A DNA stretch of 64,000 nt from the NCBI GenBank assembly GCA_017654855.1, contig CM030332.1:1984001-2048000 (forward strand). Direction: 5' to 3'. The notes under the pieces were generated by a model. It did no database searches. It saw only the letters and a program-made list of their open reading frames with translations, and was not told where the DNA came from. The translations under genes and the position numbers were made by a program. Of this stretch, positions 1 to 10,258 are shown in pieces. The stretch's first letter is position 1; every line of letters begins with the position of its first letter. This stretch comes from Podospora anserina. Taxonomy: Eukaryota.

Positions 1-424
1 CGAGGTGGAGGTTGTGGCTGATGTGGAAGGGGTGGTTGTTGACCGTGATCGGGGGAGATGGGGCGGTGGTCGGCTGGGTGGAGGGTGGTGAGAGGGAGGA
101 CATTGTTCTTTGTCGGAGTAGGAGGGTTGTCAAAGGTGTGTTGCTTCCAGGCCGGAATGGTGATGCTGGTAGGGGGAGGACATCTTGGCTTGGGGAGAGT
201 GCTGTTGCTGTCAAGCGAGACAAGGGGAGTTTGGCGTTGTCCTTGTAGGAACTTCCCCATGTGTAGGAGAGAGCAACATATTTGGGCTTTTGGCTGAAGA
301 AAAAGGGGTCGAGAGTGCATACCAAGAGATCAGGAAAGTCTCCTGGCTCTATCGTGAGGATGCGCAGGGCGTCTTTCTCGGTTTCGATGGGTGGGTATGG
401 AAATGATGCATTCTTGGTGGACAT
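1..424 (-). CDS. HET-domain (PF06985-like) heterokaryon-incompatibility/cell-death protein, 5' part; runs off the left edge
   Basis: Manual translation from ATG 424 is open to the window edge; it is absent from the ORF track because no stop lies in the window. MSTKNASFPYPPIETEKDALRILTIEPGDFPDLLVCTL...KPKYVALSYTWG...PITVNNHPFHISHNLHL carries the typical HET elements LRIL(T)IEPG, YxALSYTWG and I.VN...F.I..NL. Confidence 0.88.
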   Translation of the reverse strand, partial: MSTKNASFPYPPIETEKDALRILTIEPGDFPDLLVCTLDPFFFSQKPKYVALSYTWGSSYKDNAKLPLSRLTATALSPSQDVLPLPASPFRPGSNTPLTTLLLRQRTMSSLSPPSTQPTTAPSPPITVNNHPFHISHNLHL

Positions 425-939
425 GACTGGGAGATGTTGGAGAGAAAGGATGAAAGTAAATAGAGCCCCGAACCTCTGGATTCGAAGAGGAACAACCTGT
501 AGAGTTCTGGTATCTGTATCCCCAAAACAAAATGGTATAAGATTTGTAAATGCACAATGACGGCGGGCGGAGCGGAGGAGGGGAACTTACGGTGCCTTGG
601 ACCCGGAGCGGGATGCGGGTGGTAGCAGGCTCCGGCACCACCAGGCGACTGGAGGGAGAGTGTGTGCCTAATGTAAGGACCTTATTGGGGTTGCATGGAT
701 GCCTCTCTAAATGCCACATGCAGGGTGCTAAATTGTGGCTAGAAAGTAGCAACAATATCTGCAGCTAAAAATGGACGGCATTCATGGCACATCTCGACGT
801 ACCTAGGCATGCCACATAGATCAATACTGGCTCAAGGAAGCAGGATGTTGATGAACTGCATTTCTACGTCTACCTATATGAACGGTTGTATTACAGCATT
901 GAGTCACCCTCCGTCGACATCGCACTCCAGATGGTCGCT

Positions 940-2035
940 CTACCCAAGAGACACAAGAACACCCTCCTTGGGAGATAACCCAACAGTATATCTTTGTTTC
1001 TCTGCACCGACAGGTTCATTTGGAACACCAGGCACAAGTTTTAGGTCCGGGTATGCTTGCAAGGCACGGATGACAGCGTAGCTCGCTTCCATCAAAGCAA
1101 AATCCTCTGTGACAAGGTCAGCAGGTGGGCAAAAGCACAAAGGCGGTAGAAAGACTTACTGCCCAAGCAAAGCCTTGGACCGGTATTGAAATCAATGTAA
1201 CCAGCTCCAGGCTTAGCCTTCTTAATCAACTCCCCGTCTTCTCATCTTTCTAGGCGATAGACCCCTGGGTCTAGACCATAGATGGACTCGTTTCGATGTA
1301 GGTGATACGTGGAGAATGAGATTCCGGCCCCTTTCGACAGTAGCACTGGAGATCGGCCATCAGGACCACCTCCTCGAGGGAGGATGGTAGGCTTATTGGT
1401 AAAGCGAAGGTTGAGCGGTAGCGTGGGGGTACAATCTCAAAGCTGCGGGTATCGATCGGTAAGTAAATATCCATGAAGTTGGAACGTCGGTAGAAGCAGC
1501 ATACTTTCATTGAGACAGCAGCGAAGGTAGGGAAGCTTCCTGATATAGTCACGGGTGATATCTCCCTCTGTTGGTACTGTAGCAATATCCCGCTTGAGCC
1601 GCTCCAAGATGTCTCGGTTGCGGACTAGGTGGAGGCTGTCATAACAAGATGTGCGAGTACTTGGGAAAACGAACAATGTGTAGGCAAGATAGGTCTTACA
1701 AGGTCCAAGCCAGAAAGCTCGCTAGCGCATCCCGCCCGGCCATCAAGACATGGAGGAGCTGGTCACGGACCAACTCGAAGTCCTGTATCTCCTTCCAAAG
1801 ATCGATAATGAAACCGTATTTCTCGGTGGTCGCCTCCTCGCCAAAGTCGTCCTGGTACTTCATGGCCCGGGCCGCAAAGAAAGTTGTCCAGTCGCGAACC
1901 GATTTGCAGGCCTTGTGGAACTTGGGTGGTTGTAAATCCAGGCGACATCCGCCAGGCGGGTACGGATGGCAAACACAAAGGCAGCATAGTCGAAGTTGCT
2001 CCTCACAGCTTCACGCTGTGTCTTCTCCATGTTGC
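940..2035 (-). pseudogene. CYP52-like cytochrome P450 pseudogene, C-terminal half only
   Basis: Reconstructed across 3 introns: I-helix VRDQLLHVLMAGRDA, K-helix LNE(T)LRLYP, LPRGGGPDGRSP, PERW degraded to LER* (TGA at 1242-1244), heme motif FNTGPRLCLG, C-terminus DFALMEASY...GVLVSLG*. Frameshifts near 1425-1429 (extra C) and near 1925. No N-terminal half found. Confidence 0.9.
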
Positions 2036-2218
2036 TGTGGGGGAGGGTGACAGTGATATAGCTTGTGCAACCAACAGTCAGCAACTGAGACTTCAGGGTC
2101 CCGGCAGCCCCCATTCTCGTAGCCGCACAACGGCTGATGTCGGGGCCGTGTGCGGGCGTCATCCCGCAGCAGCGTGGATCATGTCCACAGTCGAACTCCG
2201 CACGTAACGCTCTCCAAA

Positions 2219-5200
2219 ATGACGGATCCATTCGGCAGCCTCAGTGCTGGAGTCCTACTCAACGGCCTCAACGAAACCCTTGCTGCCCTCGAAAGACTTG
2301 ACGTCGACGCTATCACAACCGGCTTGTTTGAACAAATCGGCGACCTCAAGGCTATTGTCGAGTCCTTTGACCAGCCCGCCATAGCTGAGCGACGAAGTGC
2401 GTCTTTGCACGTCAGGCCTCGGCACCCAACTGAACGGTTCCTGCAGCCCCTTATCGGCAGTACCGCTGCTATCCTGATCGAATCCGGGGCTTATCTTCGA
2501 CTTTTGCTCTCAAACATCAGAGTGACCGCCGGTGAGAGGGAACAAGGTTTCTGGATTGAGAACGAGCGACGGCTGGAGAACCAGCCATGGTATCTGGAAA
2601 CATCACTTGCCTTGGGACTACACACCAGAGTGCTCAGAGCCCTTTTCACATCCATCGAGTTGCTCAAGATTCAGAACTTTTCTTCACAGACGACGAGGCT
2701 CAGTTCAGCTTCCTACAGGCTCGCTCTACTTTGTCATGCCGGCTCGTCAATAAGCTTGGATTGGCCCGAAACAGCCTTTCACTCATCACCGAAGAAGTCG
2801 TAAACTACGACGCAACAGCCGTTGCAGATGCCATCACAGCCACAGAAGCCGTCACTCTACACGTACCTGACGTCGCGAATCGTCGCTTCGTCATCCCACG
2901 ACCTCTCAGAGCCTGCTTTATCGGCAGGAAAACAGAGCTGGCGAAGCTGGACCAAGCGTTCCACGATGTCACCAAGTCTACTCAGCAACGGTTCGTTATC
3001 TTTGGACCTGGCGGATCAGGAAAGACAGAGCTTGCCTTCAAGTTTGCCACCGAGTACAAAGACAAGTTCTGGGGTGTCTTCTTCATAGATGGCAGCTCTC
3101 AGAAAAACGCCTCCAGCAGTTACGCCGAGATCGCCACCATCGATGGTGTCGAGCCAAACGAGAAGGCAGCCAAGAACTGGTTGACAACCCGCGATCTGCC
3201 CTAGCTACTTATTATCGACAATGTGGATGATGACGAAACAGATCTGGAGGAGCTGTTAACTGTTGGGGACAAGGGCTGTGTGATCATCACGACACGGAAT
3301 CCATTGCATATGACCCATGGCAATGCAGGGGATCGGTATCTTGAACTTCTTGCCATGGACCCCAAGGAGGCGGAGGAGGTAATTCTGCGAGCCGCCGAAG
3401 AGCCGAGGCCCTGGGCACAAACAACTATCGACTCGGCCAACTCGATATGCAAAGCCTTTGGTTTCCTTCCGCTTGCTCTTGTCCAAGCAGCCAAAGCCAT
3501 TCTCAAGGGCATCTGCGACTGGCCCAACTACCTCTCATCATACGACAGCGAGATCAGACGAATCCGCCGCAACTACCATAGCCGGAATAGAAGTATCCCA
3601 AGGGATAAGAAGCGCGTGGACGACGATAGTAGCTTTACAGTCTTCTCTACCTATGAGATCCTACATCGAAACCTCGAGGAGTCTCCGAGGGAGAAATGTC
3701 AGGATGCGGTGGAATTGCTCCACGTGTTTTCCTTCTTTCATTTCCAGAACATACGACCCGACGTGCTTATCAACGCTGCCATCAACCCACTCAAGGAAGA
3801 GCAGCAGCAGAGAGAGGACTCTGAACAGGAGCAGGAACTACACAGCAAGCTTCACAGCCCCAAACGCAAGCCGTGGGGGATGTTCTTCCGCGAGCTCAGA
3901 GCTTACTTTAGCTCTCAAATGGCGACACCACCCCCTTGGCCAGGAGTACTCAGAAACAGGGACAACCTTGGCCTTGAAGATCTGGAGGATGAAGTTGAAG
4001 ACCGGCTTCGAACTGCACCCAGTGTCTTGGTAGAGAGGTCCCTGGTGACGAGGCAGGAGAGGTCTACCGGCCGTTACAGCATGCACAGGCTCATCCGCAA
4101 ATGGGTCAGGGAACTCCCAGAAATGCCGACCTCCCACTCCCACCAAGCGCTCTGGTGCCAGATATCCATGGCGACTTTGTCTTCGAGCATCCGGCGCTTA
4201 CCACACGGCGATAATGAGCCAGAAAACCATGCTCGACGTGAACTACTGCCGCACATCACACACGTACGCTAATGCCAGGCCGAACTAGACAAAACTCTTG
4301 CAGAGAATGCGTTTAAAGCCAAGCCTCTCTGGCCATTGAAGAGACTTATGGGAAGCTTCAGGTGGATCAAGACGTCCGGTTCAGTCGAGTATACGAGGAG
4401 ACAGGCCACTTCGAAGAAGGCTGCGATCTCCAACAGAGCGCCTTGGAGTATGTCTCTGTCAGACTTGGGTCCTGACCATCCGATCGCCATTGCGTTATCC
4501 CTCTTGCTCACCAAGACGCTATGGCTGATGTGCGAGATGGAAAAAGTCGTACGACACATGCGGGCCACCCATCGACTGTGCGTTGACACCTGGGGCGACC
4601 ACCATCCACTCACCCTCGACGTGACCGAAACACTCGGCTCAGCCCTCAGCATACAAGGGAAATACACCGAATCGAACGCCCTCCACGTCGCCAACCTCGA
4701 AAAGATGAAGCGACTGTACGGGGACAAGCATCAAAGACTCTTGAAACTACGCGAAACCTTGCGAGAGTCCTCAACCGGCGCATGGAATACAACGAAGCAA
4801 GCAGGCTATTCCAGATTCTCTAGGAAGGCATGAAAGAGCCCCTCGGCCCAACGCACCTCGAACCTCTCACCAGCCTCGAAGACTTGTCATCCAGTTTCGT
4901 CCGGTACGAAGAAGACAACCCCGACCCCAACCTAGGCGAGCGACTGTTGCAGAGCCGCACAGACTTGACCTTTGTCTACGAGCAACGCAAGGAGCGACTA
5001 GGCAAGGAGCATCCTTACACTCTCCTAAGTTGGCTATTCCTTGCTCGCGTCGAATCGGCAGTAGGCAATAACAAGGAAGCCGAAAAGATAATCCGGCAAG
5101 GCCTCGAAGTGGCAGAACGCAACATTGGCTCGCAGCATCTCGCTGTTCTCATGGCCAAGTGCATTCACGCCGAGGTACTGGTCAAACTGAAGAGGTTCTC

Positions 5201-5501
5201 CGAGGCCGAGAAGCTATTTTACATGCTGATTGATCGGTCGTGGTACACCAAGACTGTGGGTGAAGACAGCGATCATCCTGATCGGCTTGCTAACATTTGG
5301 TTCCTCGCCATGTGCTTGGAGCAGCAGGGCAAGTGGGAGAAGGCACTGGAGCTGTGCAGGGAGTTCTCGGTCGGTATTGAGGCTATTGGTGGCCGTGGCT
5401 TGGGGATGAACCACAAGATGTATCCAAAAGTGATGAAGAAGATTGCGGAGCTGGAGGGGAAGATCGCAGGTGGGGGGCAGTTTCGAGAAGCAGCCGTTTA
5501 G
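2219..5501 (+). pseudogene. Fungal NLR (helical N-terminal domain - NB-ARC - TPR repeats), inactivated
   Basis: FIGRKTEL, P-loop GPGGSGKT, Walker B P*LLIIDNVDD (TAG 3202-3204 in place of W), IITTRN, GFLPLALVQAA, YSMHRLI, and TPR-type repeats LGPDHP, WGDHHPLTL, LGPTHLEPL, LGKEHPYTL. Further stops at 4270 (TAA) and 4821 (TAG); frameshifts near 2670, 4355, 4468 and 4733. Confidence 0.92.
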
Positions 5502-7574
5502 GGACACTGAAAAGGGCAGGAGTGTACAGATTAAGATTGAAGAGGCTTAGGTAGATGATGTTCGGACGGATGAGATAGTAATCTAAAGGGCTTTGTGGGT
5601 GTGCTTTGGAAAGTTGGGATGGAAAACTGCATGGAAGGATAGGATACCCGGGGGTGTTTGTTGCATAGCGTTTGTTTTGTATTTTCTGAGATCTTGCTGA
5701 TTCTCTTGCTCTGTATGCATTGGCAAAATGGCCCATCTCATTTGATAGGTAGATCGCAAATGTTGCATTTTAATTCACAAAGCATGTGATGTGTTCAAAG
5801 AGCGAGGACTGCTCGGTCCCCCTTTCCAGACTACTGCAGGCACCCTGCGGCCGTGTGGGTCAGGAACATGCAGAAATTGTTTGATCACCCAACTATCGAC
5901 CCTTGTTGAGAAAAGAACGCAGAACACCTCACCTTTCTGAACTGGTCTACCCCTCCCACATAAGAATTTCAGCTGTTACAAAGCTCAAGCAACTTCAAAT
6001 AACATCAAAGTATGTAGACTCGCTGTCAAAACGCTTTCCCAGCGCCACCATTCAACTCGCAGGGAGCTAATCCCGAGTACTTTCAACTCAAAATGAGCGT
6101 ACTCGAATCCGACGAAAGGAATTGCAAGCAGGAGCCCCTTCCCAAACTTCTGGCACTGACAAGCGAAAAATCAACATGTCATCCGAGCAAGCAAGAAAAT
6201 GGTGGATTGGAACGGGCACAATGGGTGGTGGCTCGGACGGCGTCTCCTCAACGTATTGGAGGCCGTAAGTTTAGTCGCCAACATGATGCTGGGAATAGAG
6301 AAGATGGGGCTGGTTATAGTAAGCTTTGATGGGATTAGAAGACACTTTAGCCTCGATTGGAGTGAGCTACCTAGCTGAAGGTAGACACTCGAATAAAATA
6401 ATATTGTGGGAGCAACTGTCAAGAGGATGAGAACAGAGCGACTAAAAGTTGATGAGAGCAACTATTGAGACGATGAAACTTACACTAAAACGTGATAAAA
6501 ACTGGGATATAAGGAGCAAAGTGGAATCCGCAAAATATTAAGACTACTCTTTACACCAAACAGATTTCTAATGGTCTATAAGGTAACTTTGTTAAAGATA
6601 TATTACATGGCCAAGATGAGATGAAATCGCCCGTGGCATGGATGCAGAGCAACAAACTCATGCCCACTGCTCTTAGCTAGACTTTTTTCAAAGTTTCGCT
6701 CTGAATTCTGCCCAAATGCACTGCTCGTCCCCAGAAGGTGGAGGCTTACAGCTGTCCAGTCAGGCACAGTTGGATAATAGCCTTGCAATTCGGTCCCATC
6801 CCTGGGGCTGATGCTTCCTCCTGTAGATGGTGACACTCCTTGTGGTAATTGATAAGTTGTGAATTATTTCGATGTGATAGCTCAAAGGCTACCCTGACTG
6901 TACTCACCCTTCTTGCGAAGGCATAGGGCAAAAGAAATAACACCATCAACAGAAAGGTCAACTCTTGAAGGATCATGGCACATTGATGAATCCAGCAATC
7001 CCATCTTGCAATATGTATATTTTAAAATGGGAAAAAGGTCTATTTCTCAATGTCTGCATTGTAGATATACCTATGCAGACTTAATCAACTGCAGAAGTAT
7101 TGTGTATCCAGTAGATGAAACTTGAATCAACCGAGCCTTCTCTTGCACATCTCAAGAACAGAGATAATCAAACGTCACTGCCTATGGACCTTTGGTATGA
7201 CGAAATGGGGGTGGATAGGTGCCGAAAGAATTGTCAGACCAGATTCAAGGGGAGAGAAGCGGTGTCGTTTCCTACTAACTGACAGGGGCCCTACACGTCA
7301 ACAGCTGCCATACCCATCTGTTCCTTCCACATTCAATACCGCCTTCTCGTGTCCAGACCCTAGGAAAGGGACCCGCACGGGCACTGAGTGGTAGATAATA
7401 CCTCCAGGCTCTTGTCAAATTTCCTTCTCTTCTCTTTTTTTCCTCATCCCATCCCCACCACCGCAACACCATCACCAAACTCTCTCCTCTCGTCGGTTCT
7501 TTCGTTCCAGCCCCATCTCACTCTTCAGCAGAATATACTGACGGCTGTTTCTATCTGCAGAAAAAATAAACAAG

Positions 7575-8149
7575 ATGAACGGAGACGTGGGAAGGGACGC
7601 TGGGGGAGTAAACGGGACTGTAAGTGATCACTCTATTCTTCTCTCGCCTCTTTTCGCCACCTATATCCCTCTGACCCAGCGACTACGAGCCTTGTATGCT
7701 AACGAACTGCGTCTCTAGGTGGGTTCGGGAGCGTCTGCCGGGACGCAAGAGGTGAGGCAGGCGGCGGTTGCCCGCTTGCAGGGAGCCACCATGAGGCGGC
7801 AAGCGGTTGGTGACCTGGCGGCGGCAACTGCCCGCCTGAGCTTGGGGGGCCCTGTTCTCACCAGTAAGTTGCCCGCATGATCACTTCTCTTCACTGCCTT
7901 TCCTCAACTTCATCTTCTTGACCGACACTCTCCATCTTCTCCACAAACCCCTTGTCCCTTCACCTTCTTAGTACAAATCATGACACTGACGTTGATGGTT
8001 GCATAGACGGACAACCCTGGGCCGCCTCGGCCTCGACCGGCAGCGCACCGGAGCTGCCACGGATTCTCATCACCAGCCCTGATGGGACGTCAGTGTGGGC
8101 AACTGACGCTCTCGGAGGGAATGGTCCCAGTGGCAGCAACGGATCCTGA
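7575..8149 (+). CDS. Three-exon orphan micro-protein (110 aa, G/A/S-rich) with a PxIxIT motif
   Basis: Exons 7575-7619, 7719-7863 and 8007-8149 total 333 nt in frame. Both introns have GTAAGT donors, GCTAAC/ACTGAC branch sites and TAG acceptors. Start context is CAAGATG. No homology recognised. Confidence 0.55.
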
Positions 8150-9136
8150 GCCTGAGTCAACGGCGGAGGCCCAGCCGTCCCAGACGGGGCAAGCCAAAGC
8201 CAGACTCGTTGGACCCATCAACCTGTCCAGCTCCAGTCCCAACCGCGAACCCAGCGCCGACAACGATAGGTGGGCGGGGGAGGAGAGGGGAAGGGGAGGT
8301 GGGAGGTGGGCTGGGAGCAGTGCGGGCCCGCGGGGGCGATAATACCTGGGCGTTTGGAGGCGGCGACGGGGGGGTTTGGTCGGTGGTTTTTTTCTAAATT
8401 TTCTTTTCTTTTCTTTAAAACAAAACAAGAAGCCCGTGTGGTTTCTTTTTGCTTCTTTGGACCTGAACAACTTCCCATGAATGATTGTGATCGTGATATA
8501 TCTGGCAATATTTACTTTCAATTTGAATTCCTTCCTCGTACCTACAACCAGCATAGTTTGACACTACTGCCCAAGGCACGACCATTACTACGGCTCCCGG
8601 CATTCTCTAGAAGGGACTCCGAGATTTAGGCTTGAAAGACTTGGATCTGAAAAAGATCACTGGGATTCCTCGAGGAGCTGAGTCGAAGAAAGGTGCACCA
8701 GTTGCCTCCTTCTGCTTTCCATTGCTTTCCATCTCACCTGTATGGCCGTTTCTTGCCTGATGTTTGCGCTCTCAGTGGCCACGCGCTGGTTCTCAGGGTA
8801 GGTACGTCAGTCTGGGTGGTAGGTGACATCGGTGGATACCTAGCACTGCTTCCGTTCTTTCCCACCCACAAAATGGTATAAGCCAACCAGCACTTGCAAT
8901 ATTTTCCGCTCCCACTTTTCTCTCCCAACCCACCACTTCTCTCTCCCCACCTCTTCCTCTCTCCATCTTCTGCTTTTCTCTCTCCAGCCCTCTTCCAACA
9001 ACTTTGCTTCCTCCCATCGCTCTATCACACATTGCTATCCATATTCTATTCTTTTACCACCATTTCTCTCACCTCTACACTGGCGTCTCATCATCTTCAC
9101 CCCAAACCTACCATACCGCAACCTAGTCGATCAATC

Positions 9137-9712
9137 ATGTTGACTGCAACCTCGACTTCAACAGCACTGAAGAGAGTTTTGGATCTCACACATTCGAATC
9201 AAACACATCCGACCTTGATTGTTCACCTGGCACGAGCCCTAAGCTTTGTTGCTCTGCCCACGTGGCCAGGCAGTCGATCGTAAGTTCCTTGTCTATAACT
9301 GCCTACCGATGGCACGAAGTAGTCTAACACTCAGAGGACGAACAGCCATGCTCGACACCGCCCCAACGATGGGCAAGTACGTGTACATGACCGTTGATAT
9401 TCCCAGCACTAGCTGCAGATGTACATCGGATACAGGGTGTCCATGAGGTGAGTCACATATCTTTAATAGGCATGATGCGAAGCTAACAACACCATCACAG
9501 TATTATTGCCAAAGAACAGTTTGATGGATCAAGAACATCGAACTTGTCGAGCCATCTCTGCCACAGGACGGCGGGTTGGCCACAGCGCCACGCCTGGGTT
9601 ACTGGTATGCTACATTCTGTCCACCGAGATTTCAGTCAAAACTAATAGTCAGTGGACAGGCTTTCTGGCCCATCGTCTTTTTGACTTGCGGGTCTCTTGT
9701 TTATCCTATTGA
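9137..9712 (+). other. Multi-intron orphan transcript (possible 117-aa ORF or spliced lncRNA)
   Basis: Putative introns 9280-9334, 9377-9435 (weak branch site), 9448-9500 and 9605-9659 join into one 354-nt open frame. The product has no recognisable motifs. Confidence 0.3.
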
Positions 9713-9790
9713 GACAATCGCTCGAGCGAATGCGACAAGAAAAACCCGCATTATCACTTCTCTTCCCTGCCTTTCCTCAACTTCATTTTC

Positions 9791-10258
9791 TTGACCGACC
9801 TTCGACGGATCCTCCTCTCCTGTCGCGGTGGTTGTCGGCAACGACAGCCACCATGGCGGAGGGGAGGCATCTTGAAGGATTGGATGGTGTGGTCGGTGTC
9901 GGGGGGTGTCATCCCCGACATTGAGCTTCTCCCAAACATTGGGGGTGCTCCTGCGGCGTGGAAGGGCACCAGGGCCGATGCTGAGGCGGAGGAAGATGAG
10001 ATGGACGGCGCCGATGAACCTGATCTTGATGCGGCTATCCACCAGGCATCCTCGGTGCCAATCCCTGATTGGTATCAGTGCTTGTGCTGTGGTGGCTACA
10101 GCAGGCTTGAAGTCCTTGACATTCTTCGACGCATTGACAATGACATGGATCTATCCTTACTGTTGTCTCGGATATTGAAGGGGAGGAGGATGGGGCGGAT
10201 GAGGCAGAATCAGATAGAGATGAAACAGGCACTTGACATTTATTTAGAACACCAATAA
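9791..10258 (+). CDS. Hypothetical protein or gene fragment
   Basis: 155-codon ORF with protein-like composition: acidic patch EAEEDEMDGADEPDLD, CLCCGG, amphipathic C-terminal helices. First ATG is at 9884; true start is unclear. Confidence 0.35.
   Translation: MTDLRRILLSCRGGCRQRQPPWRRGGILKDWMVWSVSGGVIPDIELLPNIGGAPAAWKGTRADAEAEEDEMDGADEPDLDAAIHQASSVPIPDWYQCLCCGGYSRLEVLDILRRIDNDMDLSLLLSRILKGRRMGRMRQNQIEMKQALDIYLEHQ

Noticed and set aside
12-768. Several plus-strand ORFs of 70-90 aa in the track
   Set aside because: They are antisense shadows of the HET gene or its promoter, with no motifs.
5950-7130. AT-richer, stop-riddled stretch downstream of the NLR, possibly a RIP-degraded transposon or gene
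   Set aside because: No terminal repeats, target-site duplication, or transposase/RT motif could be identified by eye.
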